From a virus (taxonomy: Duplodnaviria > Caudoviricetes), in IMG/VR virus record IMGVR_UViG_3300042452_000420, positions 1 through 59,546 of that record: 59,546 nt of DNA; one strand, 5' to 3'. Both the position numbers and the translations under genes were made by a program. Within the stretch, counting starts at the first letter, position 1. Each line of letters begins with the position of its first letter. Positions 1-9,189 of the stretch are shown here, in pieces. The notes under the pieces were generated by a model, which made no database searches, had not been told where the DNA came from, and was given only the letters and a program-made list of their open reading frames with translations.

Positions 1-289
1 ACTGGCGAAAAGTGACAGTTTTTGCACACTCCGCACATGCGGCATTGTGCCGTACTGAAATCAGACAGAGCAACTCGTAGGGATTTCCGACTAGTTGCGC
101 TCTTGAGCGAACGTCGCGTCACAGGGCCCCATAGGCAGCAGAGCTGGCCTTCTCGGTTCTGCAACCGGCCCTGCCTGGGCAATAGTTAGTATGTGGCCAT
201 TTACCGGCGTGGAGCGCGCCATCCGGCGGCTGAGTTTCAGGCTGGTGAGGCCCTGTGGGTTCCGTTGCCGCCTAACCAAGAGGATTGAC

Positions 290-577
290 ATGCTGTTTTA
301 TGCCGTTTCTGCCGCCCCGCCAGTTGACAAGGACGTTGTTGCCCGCACCCTGACCGTGACCATCAACGGTGAGGTGGCTGACACCAAGTCCTACACCGCG
401 GGGGCCACGGACCTGGGCGAGGTTGCTGCCAAGGAAGGCGATCTGGTGGTCTTGGTGCTGACCGACACCGATGACGCCGGGAACGTCTCTGCACCGGCCG
501 AGCTTTCCTTTACCGCCGCCGACACCCTGCCCCCGGCAGCCCCAGAGTTTGGGGTGACCCTGGTGCGGGAAGAGTGA
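290..577 (+). CDS. Small beta-rich virion protein (Ig/FN3-like); alternative start 191
   Basis: AGAGG before ATG 290; ...DTDDAGNVSAPA motif typical of Ig/FN3-like domain ends. Confidence 0.6.
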   Translation: MLFYAVSAAPPVDKDVVARTLTVTINGEVADTKSYTAGATDLGEVAAKEGDLVVLVLTDTDDAGNVSAPAELSFTAADTLPPAAPEFGVTLVREE

Positions 578-600
578 TCCGTTGCTACTTGCTGGCCATG

Positions 601-632
601 GCCGCCGCCGGGTTCATCTTGGCGGCGGTTTT
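601..632 (+). terminator. Putative intrinsic terminator
   Basis: GCCGCCGCC...GGCGGCGGT stem followed by a short T run. Confidence 0.55.
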
Positions 633-682
633 GGCCGCTTTTCTAGTCATGGCTGCGGGGCAATAGTTCTCAGGAGCCCCCC

Positions 683-1816
683 ATGCCGTATCTGACCTAT
701 TTCGACGCGGTTGAGCATCTAATCACCTCCTCTTTTGGCGGTCCCCAGGATGCCGAACAGCGGGACATCCGGACGGCCGTCCAGCGGGCGTATTCCGAGG
801 TCACCCAGATCCGGGACTGGGCGTACTACCACGTTCACGGGCGCGTCTACTTGGAGGAATCGCGCACGGGCACCGGCACGGCAGGCGGGGGCGGCGCCGT
901 AAGTTTCTCTTCTGCGCTGTTTGCGGGCTCTGCTACAGGCGAGCCTGCCTCGCACTACACGCTCCGTGTGCGTGACATCAATTACCCGATTGTGTCCTAC
1001 GTGGACGGCTATGGGGTTTCCATTGCCGACGCGGCGCTGACGTTTCCGCCCGGCACTGCCTGCACAGTCTTTCGTGCGATCTACCCCCTCCCTTCCGACT
1101 TCCGCAATCTGGACGAGCCCTCTGATGAATTCAATTGGTGGGCCGGTCTGTATGTCACGCCCGATGAGGCCATGAAGATTGAGCGCGTCTCCAATAGTTC
1201 TGGTTCTCCATTCCACTGGACCGTCATCAAAGACCCGGCCACCAACGGCTGGGCGCTGAAGCTCGTCGGCTACCCGACGCATGCCGAGACGCTGGACTTC
1301 ACCTACCGCCGCACGGCCCGTGGTTTGCGCTATTCCGGCCATGAGGCCGTGGCGCGACAAGGCACCGTCACCGTGACCAACGGGAGCATCGGAGGTGCCG
1401 GCACTGCCTTTGCGGCAAACATGGTGGGCGCAATCCTCCGGGTTGGAGACACCACCAATTCGCCGGGCCCCATTTCTTCGATCACGCCGTACGCCGCAGA
1501 GGGGATGATTAAGACTCGCTCCAGCGCGACGGCGATGACATGCGACACGACAGTCAGCGCCGCTGCGTCAACCAAGTACCTGATCACAGACCCCATCGAC
1601 CTGCCCGCCCATATGCACAACGTCATGTACTCAGCGGCTGAGTACTGGCTGGCGCGCATCCGCAATCAGAAGCCGGACAACGCTTTCGCCATGTACCAGC
1701 GGGACTTGCGACTGGCGATGGAGATGGATCAGCTTGCCCCGCTCTCTGGCCGGTCGCGTGAGATTTATCACGATGGCGGCTGGAAGAGTCCCCTGAAGCC
1801 GGATGCCGGAACATGA
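683..1816 (+). CDS. Head-tail adaptor / tail tubular protein A-like
   Basis: 377 aa; N-terminal helices, YPLPSDF motif, C-terminal helical region; immediately precedes nozzle gene; AGGAG SD. Confidence 0.65.
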   Translation: MPYLTYFDAVEHLITSSFGGPQDAEQRDIRTAVQRAYSEVTQIRDWAYYHVHGRVYLEESRTGTGTAGGGGAVSFSSALFAGSATGEPASHYTLRVRDINYPIVSYVDGYGVSIADAALTFPPGTACTVFRAIYPLPSDFRNLDEPSDEFNWWAGLYVTPDEAMKIERVSNSSGSPFHWTVIKDPATNGWALKLVGYPTHAETLDFTYRRTARGLRYSGHEAVARQGTVTVTNGSIGGAGTAFAANMVGAILRVGDTTNSPGPISSITPYAAEGMIKTRSSATAMTCDTTVSAAASTKYLITDPIDLPAHMHNVMYSAAEYWLARIRNQKPDNAFAMYQRDLRLAMEMDQLAPLSGRSREIYHDGGWKSPLKPDAGT

Positions 1817-2079
1817 TCATCATTGACAAGTGGGCCGGACTGGTGACGAACGCAAGTCCGTACGCGATTCCTCCTGGCTCTGCTGTGACGCAAGTCAATC
1901 TCCAGGTCATCTCGCCCGGCCAAGTTGTAGTGCGCCCCGGCACGGCGGCGGTGTCGTTTTCCAGCCACACCGGGTCTACGCAAGCAATCGTCCGCGCGTT
2001 CCGCTACCCCGGAAGCACTGAAGCTGTTCTGTACGAAAACTCGTCTGGTGTGCTATTTGTTGCAAGAGGGCCATCCTGA
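1813..2079 (+). CDS. Small protein resembling the N-terminus of a tail nozzle (tubular protein B)
   Basis: WAGLVTNASP...N...GQVVVRPG resembles the GL...P...N...RPG start of podovirus nozzle proteins; ATGA/TGATG coupled to neighbours. Confidence 0.55.
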   Translation: MIIIDKWAGLVTNASPYAIPPGSAVTQVNLQVISPGQVVVRPGTAAVSFSSHTGSTQAIVRAFRYPGSTEAVLYENSSGVLFVARGPS

Positions 2080-5000
2080 TGCAGCTCGGCGCTCGCACCA
2101 CCGGGTCCGTCGTCAGCGTGTTCGTCACTACTGGCGGGACGCAGTACTCCGAGCCTCCCGTCGTGACGTTCGCGGGCAACGCCGCTGGGGTTGCGCACCT
2201 TAGATCCACTAGGGTGCAGACACTCGTCATTACCAACGGAGGAACAGGGTACACACAGAGCCCTGCCGTCTCCATTTCCCCCGTGTCCACGCAGGCGACT
2301 GTTTCTTCTCTGACGGCAGGCACGGACTCCACGATCCTGACGTTGTCCACTGCCGCCGCCACGACGTTCTCCCGCATCCAGGCCGGAACCTTCGGCGCAA
2401 CGATCTCGTCGTTCTCCAACGCAACGCAGGTAGTCGTCGGCACAACATCGTTCACCACGGGCGCCGCCACGCTGTACTCCTCTGGAACCGGCGCAGCCGC
2501 GACAGCCTTTGCCTACACGGGCCCGCTTCGGCCGATTTCGTTTTTCAAAGGCCGATTCAACGACGCCTACGGCGTGGATGGCATGGGGCGTGGATTTCGG
2601 TGGAACGGCACCGACGCGGCCGTTGAGAAGATCGGAATAGAGAAGCCTGCCGTTGGGCCAAAGGTATCCATCTCCAATACCTCCGCCAGCGGATTCTTGG
2701 AATCTGTGCAGCTTGTGCAGGGTGGTGCTGGATATTTTTCGCCGCCCACGGTCACGATTACCGGCGGCACGCCAGCCCGTCCCGCCACGGCTCGCGCGGT
2801 GGTTTCAAACGGCCGCGTGACTTCGGTGCTGGTCACAAACCGTGGGTCCGGCTACCAGACAACGCCCACTATCTCGTTTTCTGGCGGCATAGGATCCGGC
2901 GCCACGTTTGGCGTTACCGCTTCCGGGAAAGTGCTCCAGGTCAACGTCCTGAATTCGGGCCGTGGATACACCACCTCCACCGCCTGCACTGCCAGCAAGG
3001 CGACATACGTCTTCCATGCCGTGCGTCACGGCCTGCTGGCCGGAAGCACGTTTTCGTTCTCTTCGATTTCCGGTCCTTCGGCCGTCGCGACAATTTCGGC
3101 GTTCACCGCAAGCACTACCGGCGGTACGGTGACGTTTTCCACAACGCAGGCAAGCACATGGCAACGGGTCGCGCTGCCGACGCGCTCTGCCAACATCGTC
3201 TCGTTCTCCAACGCCACCCAAGCGTTCATCGACGTTCCGACATTCGGGCTTGGCGGCGCCACGGTCTACGCCGACCCTGGCCTGACCACGGGTGTTGAAT
3301 ACTACGCCGTGAAAGTTGGGGGGAATACATTCACCGCCGCGACAGAAACGGCGGGCTCAACCGACATTCTGACAAACAGCATCGCGTCGGCCGTCATCCG
3401 GATCCCGCCGCCGCGCATTGAGTTCGCGACAAACGGCGGGCTGGCGGATGCTTCCGCCGCGATTGTCATTGATAGCGCTGGCGGAGTCGGAAACGCTGTC
3501 GTCTTAGCGTCTGGCACGGGGCTCACAACGTCTTCGGTTGCTGCCACCGTAGTCGGCGGCGCCGGAACTGGTGCGCAGTTGCTGGTCGTCCCAGAATACT
3601 CCGTCTCTGGCGCGACCGTCGTCAATGGCGGAAGCAATTTTTTTACCGCCCCCGTCCTTACGTTTCGCGCAGCCACCAACGATCCGACCGGGTTTGGCGC
3701 CGCGGCGACTGTGAGCGTCAATTCCGCGGGGGCCATCTCTGGCGTATCCATGGTTTCCGGAGGCCGATACGCCGCCCCGCCGACAGCGCTCATTCTCAAC
3801 ACGGAGGCCAAGGCCCAGGCGACTATCGCGCAATCGCTCCAAGGGAAATACCAGTGCGCGATCCGTTACATCGATGACACGCCCCGCACTGATAACGGCC
3901 CCATTCCGTCGTCCATCTCGGAGTTGGTGGAGGTAGACGTGTCCTCGCCGCGGGAGTCGCTGACATGGTCGTTCACGCACTACGGCCTAGACGACCGTGT
4001 ACACGGGATGGAACTGTGGCGCTCGTCCGCCGACCAGTCGGTAGCCCTGTATCGCGTGGCCACCATCCTGCGGTCGGATCCGGCGTTTACCGGAACCTAC
4101 GTGGACACGTTTGCTGACCCAGAACTCCAGGACCAGAAGCGGGCCGACTTTGCAGTCCTCCCCATCATCCTGCCGTCCGGTCAGGTGAACGCCCGGCGCT
4201 TCGGTGTCGCGCCCGGAGAGTTTGCCGTGGCAGCCATGTTCCAAGATCGCGCATGGTTTGCCGTGGACACAAGCGGCGAGCGGCCCAATTCACTCCTGTA
4301 CTCTGAGGTTGACGAGCCAGAGAGCGTCCCGCCAGAGAATGAACTGGTTCTCCAGGAGAACACGCAAGAGCCCGACAAGATCGTCGGCCTGATTCCGCTG
4401 GGCTCCCAGTTGCTGGTGGTCCAGTCGTCGCACATGTACGCCCTGTCGTACGTGGCACAGCCCGTGATCGATGCCTCCATGATCTTGGTGGCCTATCGCG
4501 GCATGCTCAATCCGCAGTGCGGCGATGTCCTTTCGGGCGTTGCGGTTTTGGCGGACAGCTACGGCATCTACTCGTTCGACGGCTCTAACGCAGAAGCCAT
4601 TTCCGTGGCCATCGACAACTACTGGCGCGACAACATCATTGATTTCTCAAAGTCGTCGCAGTTCCACATGCGCGCCGACTCCGCGACGATGACCGTGCGG
4701 TTCTTCTACTGCCGATCCACAGACTCCGCTCCGGTGCGTGCGTTGTGTTACTGCATCGCCACAAAGGCATGGTGGGAGGAGACTTATCCGGTCGCCGTTA
4801 CCGCTTCATGCCATAGCGTTGTCGGATCCAAGTCGGCGGTCCTCACTGCCACGCAGGCCGGATCCTTCCTGAAGCAATCTGGCCTCACGGATTCCGGGGC
4901 TGCCATCCAGTACAAGTTCCGCACCGGAAACCTGGAAATCGTCAACGAGCCGACGCGCGCAGTGTCGTTGCTGTACAAGCCAACGAACACCACCTCTGCG

Positions 5001-5285
5001 ATTGACCTCGCGCTGCACTACAACAACTCTTCCAGCCCGCGGCCCAACGCCGTCCTCAATGACCAAGGGGCCGGCTTCATTGCGGGCGCTACGGTAGCCA
5101 CGCTCAACATGAGCAAGACGCGCTCCGCGCTTGGCGATGCCAGTGGCATGGCGACCGCTCCGTACTCCGGGCGAATTGACGACCGTTCTGCCGGGGCCGA
5201 CCGGCATATCGCGGTGGACTTGGCCGGCGAGCAGTCCGCGGATGGCGTTGTCTTGTACAGCATCCGCGCGAGTGGGGTGCAATAA
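2079..5285 (+). CDS. Tail nozzle-like protein with inserted beta-repeats
   Basis: 1068 aa; about 8 VxxVxxGGxGY..P.V repeats in the N half; C half propeller-like (DRAWFA, LLYSEVDEPES, GIYSFDG). Confidence 0.65.
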   Translation: MQLGARTTGSVVSVFVTTGGTQYSEPPVVTFAGNAAGVAHLRSTRVQTLVITNGGTGYTQSPAVSISPVSTQATVSSLTAGTDSTILTLSTAAATTFSRIQAGTFGATISSFSNATQVVVGTTSFTTGAATLYSSGTGAAATAFAYTGPLRPISFFKGRFNDAYGVDGMGRGFRWNGTDAAVEKIGIEKPAVGPKVSISNTSASGFLESVQLVQGGAGYFSPPTVTITGGTPARPATARAVVSNGRVTSVLVTNRGSGYQTTPTISFSGGIGSGATFGVTASGKVLQVNVLNSGRGYTTSTACTASKATYVFHAVRHGLLAGSTFSFSSISGPSAVATISAFTASTTGGTVTFSTTQASTWQRVALPTRSANIVSFSNATQAFIDVPTFGLGGATVYADPGLTTGVEYYAVKVGGNTFTAATETAGSTDILTNSIASAVIRIPPPRIEFATNGGLADASAAIVIDSAGGVGNAVVLASGTGLTTSSVAATVVGGAGTGAQLLVVPEYSVSGATVVNGGSNFFTAPVLTFRAATNDPTGFGAAATVSVNSAGAISGVSMVSGGRYAAPPTALILNTEAKAQATIAQSLQGKYQCAIRYIDDTPRTDNGPIPSSISELVEVDVSSPRESLTWSFTHYGLDDRVHGMELWRSSADQSVALYRVATILRSDPAFTGTYVDTFADPELQDQKRADFAVLPIILPSGQVNARRFGVAPGEFAVAAMFQDRAWFAVDTSGERPNSLLYSEVDEPESVPPENELVLQENTQEPDKIVGLIPLGSQLLVVQSSHMYALSYVAQPVIDASMILVAYRGMLNPQCGDVLSGVAVLADSYGIYSFDGSNAEAISVAIDNYWRDNIIDFSKSSQFHMRADSATMTVRFFYCRSTDSAPVRALCYCIATKAWWEETYPVAVTASCHSVVGSKSAVLTATQAGSFLKQSGLTDSGAAIQYKFRTGNLEIVNEPTRAVSLLYKPTNTTSAIDLALHYNNSSSPRPNAVLNDQGAGFIAGATVATLNMSKTRSALGDASGMATAPYSGRIDDRSAGADRHIAVDLAGEQSADGVVLYSIRASGVQ

Positions 5286-6056
5286 ATGCTGACCTCCGTC
5301 ATGCCGGCGATGACCCGCGCCTTGCAAGGGTCGATGAACCCGCAGGCGATCAAACAGGTCACGCAAGCGCTTGGCAACTGCAACCAACAACTCACGCACC
5401 GCGGTGATGTGCAAATCCGGCCGGACGGCTGGGCGAACGCCACCAACTTCAACGGCACCTACGGTGAATTGCCCCCGTCGATGGAAGACTACAACAGATA
5501 CGTTGGCGGATACACGGAAGGCGTTGACACCAACAATAACTTCTACAACAACCCGCTGTACAACACCCAGTTTGATTATGGGGACACGGTCCTTGTTGGC
5601 GGTGGTCCCGCCGGGGCCGCTGGGGCTGCGGGGGGGGACGGCGCAGCGGGCCCGTCTGGGCCTCCTGGCAGCGCAGGCGGGGCTGGTGCCGCAGGCTCTG
5701 ACGGTCGCGACGGGGCATCCGGCGGGGGCGGCGGGCAGGGAGCGGCTGGGCCGGCTGGGCCCCCGGGCGAATCCGCTGGCGGCGGCGGGGCTGGTGGAGT
5801 GCAGATTGATATTGACAACATCATCGCGCAACTCATGGGGCGGCTGCGCGAGAAAGCCGCAGTTTCCTCGCTTGATCCCACAACCGGGTCGGCCTCCAAA
5901 GTCTCCACATCCAAAAAGGAGTTTGTGGTGGATGTTAAATGCGAGGGCGGTGAGATAGTGCCCAAATGGGAAGTCTATCGCATTGTTGAATTTGTGGAGG
6001 ACGTAGACGTTTTGACGAGCGTCCGCGAGATCCCGGGCACGTATTACGGCCCGTAG
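5286..6056 (+). CDS. Collagen-like (Gly-X-Y) virion protein
   Basis: Run of G-X-Y triplets (GPAGAAGAAGGDGAAGPSGPPG...) at about 5600-5800. Confidence 0.7.
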   Translation: MLTSVMPAMTRALQGSMNPQAIKQVTQALGNCNQQLTHRGDVQIRPDGWANATNFNGTYGELPPSMEDYNRYVGGYTEGVDTNNNFYNNPLYNTQFDYGDTVLVGGGPAGAAGAAGGDGAAGPSGPPGSAGGAGAAGSDGRDGASGGGGGQGAAGPAGPPGESAGGGGAGGVQIDIDNIIAQLMGRLREKAAVSSLDPTTGSASKVSTSKKEFVVDVKCEGGEIVPKWEVYRIVEFVEDVDVLTSVREIPGTYYGP

Positions 6057-6057
6057 G

Positions 6058-6074
6058 GGACATTGACTAGGTAG
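6058..6074 (+). promoter_or_regulatory. Copy of recurring GGRCAnT-N8-AG late-promoter-like motif
   Basis: GGACATTGACTAGGTAG between stop 6056 and ATG 6086. Confidence 0.5.
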
Positions 6075-6085
6075 GAGAATACACT

Positions 6086-7309
6086 ATGCAGTTTTGGGGT
6101 AATCCGGCCGCGTGGGGACCAGCAGCGCAAGTCCAGACCGCGCAGATTCAGGCCGCTGGGCAAGCTGCCGCCAACCAGTTTGGCTCCGTCGCAGCATTTG
6201 GCAATGCGCTGGGCGGCCTGGGAAACAACTACTCCGACATCTATAAGTCGTACGCCCAGGGCCTGGGAGGCGCTGGCACTAATCGCACCGGGGCGTACAA
6301 CGCCTATGCCAGCGGATTGGGGCAAGCCGCGAACGCCTCCGGATTTGCTGAGGCCGCACGGCAGGCTTCGCTTGGCAACATCGGAACGGCTGCGATGGGT
6401 TCCTACGGGCAGGCCGCTAACTCTGCCTTGGGGGCGTGGGCGCAGAACCAGCTTGCCTACAACCAAGCGCTGGCTGGCCTTGGGCAGTCTAATCAGGCTG
6501 CACTTTCCCAATTGGGCACAAGTCGCAACGCCGCCCTGAGTGGGCTGGGCGGTGCGTACGCCGATCTTGGCGGCAGGCTTGGTGCCGCAACTGCGATTGG
6601 CAACATGGATTTCGGGATGGGCGGCAATGGGTTTAACGCAACCGGACCTGACGGCCGCGTGGCCTCCGGATCGTACAGCGGGGGCCGCTCGTCGCGCGGC
6701 GTGGACATGGAGGATGTGGGCACTCCGTCTTACCTTGGACTGGCAGCGCTTCAGGGCAACCTCATGGCCGGCGACATCACCGGCTCCCTGAATAACAACT
6801 ACACGGACTCCATGAATCGGCTGGACAGCCAGCACTATTCGTCTCGCAACATGCCTAGCCAGATGCTTGGCCAGACGCTGTCCGGCCTGCTGTCGCTTGG
6901 GAGAGATGCTTACGGGCAGATTCGCGGCGGCATGAACCAGTTCTTCGGGAGCCAGAACGCGGCCCTCCGCAATCTTTCTGACGGCTACAGGGACACAACT
7001 CGCGACCTGAACAACTACGCCGGGAAGATGGGCGATGGCTTTGGCACCGCTAACGCCAACGTCGGCGGACTTGGAAGCGCCATCCGCGGGCTCTTCGACG
7101 ACAGCATCGGCCAGATGGACATGTTTACGTCCCCTGCGCAGCAGCTTCGGCGGCAGCGTGAGGCCGATTTGTTCACTCGCGATGCCAACATGCGTGACCG
7201 GGTTGCCGACCGTCAGATGGAAGAGGAGGGCTTTTCTCCTGGGACGTTCGTTCCGTTCCGCGGCTTGGATTGGTGGGATTCTTACCGACGCAACATGCCG
7301 ACCTTCTGA
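6086..7309 (+). CDS. Internal virion / DNA ejection protein (G/A/N/Q-rich)
   Basis: 407 aa low-complexity helical composition; position after nozzle; AGGAG SD. Confidence 0.6.
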   Translation: MQFWGNPAAWGPAAQVQTAQIQAAGQAAANQFGSVAAFGNALGGLGNNYSDIYKSYAQGLGGAGTNRTGAYNAYASGLGQAANASGFAEAARQASLGNIGTAAMGSYGQAANSALGAWAQNQLAYNQALAGLGQSNQAALSQLGTSRNAALSGLGGAYADLGGRLGAATAIGNMDFGMGGNGFNATGPDGRVASGSYSGGRSSRGVDMEDVGTPSYLGLAALQGNLMAGDITGSLNNNYTDSMNRLDSQHYSSRNMPSQMLGQTLSGLLSLGRDAYGQIRGGMNQFFGSQNAALRNLSDGYRDTTRDLNNYAGKMGDGFGTANANVGGLGSAIRGLFDDSIGQMDMFTSPAQQLRRQREADLFTRDANMRDRVADRQMEEEGFSPGTFVPFRGLDWWDSYRRNMPTF

Positions 7310-7620
7310 TGCTTACCTACAACCACACTCTTCCGTCGCAGCCGCCGATGGCACTCCAGATGCCAACGGACAGCCCGTTCACCAAGTTCGGATCGACGCA
7401 CGGTGACATGTTGGCCGCGCAACTGGGACGGGCCCAGGCCGACTACGACGTTAACGCCGCACGGTCGGCCAATGACTACGCCCAGCGGTTTATGGACGCA
7501 GAGAACCAGTTGGTGTTGCAGGGCCTGAACAACATGGGGCAGGCCCAGCAAAACGACAATTCTCTTTTTAACCAGCGTCTCGGAAACATGACCGGCATCC
7601 TCGCGAGCCTGTATCAATGA
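7309..7620 (+). CDS. Small Q/N-rich putative internal virion protein
   Basis: TGATG overlap with upstream gene; in coupled chain. Confidence 0.65.
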   Translation: MLTYNHTLPSQPPMALQMPTDSPFTKFGSTHGDMLAAQLGRAQADYDVNAARSANDYAQRFMDAENQLVLQGLNNMGQAQQNDNSLFNQRLGNMTGILASLYQ

Positions 7621-8018
7621 ACTCCGTCCAGATGTTCCAGCCGCTGCCGACCGGCATTCCGGAGCCCACCAGCCGTGCGCAGTTCAATAACGCAATGGCA
7701 TTTGCGCTCGCATCCGGCGATCCGCGCATGGCGGCCAAGCAGTACGACCGCAAGGGGTTCTCCCGCGGTGCTGGTCAGATGAACCAAGCCGGCATCGACG
7801 CTGCCAACAGCATGGCAGAGGGCATTGCCCAAGCCTACTCCGGCAACCTCCAGAACCAACAGTACAACGCTCTCTCTGGCCTGCAGGCCCAGCAGGCCGA
7901 GGAAACGCAGGCCCAGTCCCTGGGTGCGCTCCAGCAGCAGAACAACTACGCCAACCAGATGGCTGCGCTCCAGCAGCAAAACCAAATACTCAGTCTCTTG
8001 GGAGGATTACTCCGCTGA
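7617..8018 (+). CDS. Q/A-rich putative internal virion protein
   Basis: ATGA overlap; 133 aa. Confidence 0.65.
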   Translation: MNSVQMFQPLPTGIPEPTSRAQFNNAMAFALASGDPRMAAKQYDRKGFSRGAGQMNQAGIDAANSMAEGIAQAYSGNLQNQQYNALSGLQAQQAEETQAQSLGALQQQNNYANQMAALQQQNQILSLLGGLLR

Positions 8019-8272
8019 TGGCCAAAATCGATTTTGACTTAGACGACCTGACCAACTCCGCACTGAAGCGGCTGGTGAAACAACTCCTCATAGCAGACGA
8101 GGCGGAAGAGAAGAAGATCATGTCCCGTCTCGGCAAGCGAGCTGAAAAGAACGACCTCGCTGACCTGGACGAGGAGATGCACGGCAAGCCCGATACGCCC
8201 GAAGTGGAAGACGAAGACATCGGGGAGGACGGCGAACTGCCGGACGTTCCCGGAAAGAAGAAGAGGAAGTAA
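8018..8272 (+). CDS. Acidic hypothetical protein with basic tail
   Basis: TGATG overlap; 84 aa. Confidence 0.7.
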   Translation: MAKIDFDLDDLTNSALKRLVKQLLIADEAEEKKIMSRLGKRAEKNDLADLDEEMHGKPDTPEVEDEDIGEDGELPDVPGKKKRK

Positions 8273-9189
8273 TGGCCGGCATCCGCATCCGCCCCCGCTC
8301 TGCCCCCACGATGCATCCGTTCCGTCCTGCGCAGACTACGCGCGAGGCGATGCTGATGCAGGACGCCCTGGATCAGGCCATGGGATCTGGCGACGACGCG
8401 CTCGCTCGCGAGATCGCCGCCGCAATCCGCATGAGCGACGTTGACCCCGGGTCCGTTGGGGTGATGCGAGCCCTGCGTTCCTTGGAGCGGGAACCGATGG
8501 AGGTTCTACCCGAGGCGACGTTTGAGGACATGGCCCAGGACATCGGCAAGAGCGTCCGGTCGTATGAGGGTCTGCTATCTGGTCGCACAGCGAACCTTCG
8601 CAACCAGCCATACGCCCGCCCCGCCGGCGCAGAACTTCGCGCCGCCGCCGAAGAGGCGATCCGCGGCCGTCAGCAGTCCGCAGCCTCCGAGAACCTTGGT
8701 CGTTCCGCCGCCCTCCTGGGGGCTGGCGGTCTGGCTGGGATGATCGCTGACACCGCCGGGCGCATGCAGCAGTCGCCTCCTGGCATTCAGGACTTTGCCG
8801 GCGAGGCCATGGACGACTCCGCCCTCTTGCCAGATTTGGCTCCAATGGCGATGCCAGCGCCCGAAGAGCCGGACTTGGGCGACATCACGTTTGAGGATCC
8901 CATGGCCACGGCAGAACTCGTTGCCGAGAGCCGGCCGATCCCGGACTCCACTCCGATGGCGCTGATCCGCGCCAACCGCGAGGAAGAGGCTGCGTCCCCA
9001 CCCCCGAAGATGACGGCGGCGCAATTTGTCGCGCAGGCCATGGCGGACATTCAAAAGCAGACAGCCCAACTGAACGATCTCCGACGCCAGCGGGCGATTA
9101 GTCCGGAGCAGGATCGAATGCTGTCGCAGGAAATTGCCCGCATGGTGCAGTTGGTGAACGAGGCGCGTGCGCCGTCCCGCATGAGGTAA
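8272..9189 (+). CDS. Hypothetical (putative internal virion) protein
   Basis: TAATG overlap; 305 aa. Confidence 0.7.
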   Translation: MAGIRIRPRSAPTMHPFRPAQTTREAMLMQDALDQAMGSGDDALAREIAAAIRMSDVDPGSVGVMRALRSLEREPMEVLPEATFEDMAQDIGKSVRSYEGLLSGRTANLRNQPYARPAGAELRAAAEEAIRGRQQSAASENLGRSAALLGAGGLAGMIADTAGRMQQSPPGIQDFAGEAMDDSALLPDLAPMAMPAPEEPDLGDITFEDPMATAELVAESRPIPDSTPMALIRANREEEAASPPPKMTAAQFVAQAMADIQKQTAQLNDLRRQRAISPEQDRMLSQEIARMVQLVNEARAPSRMR

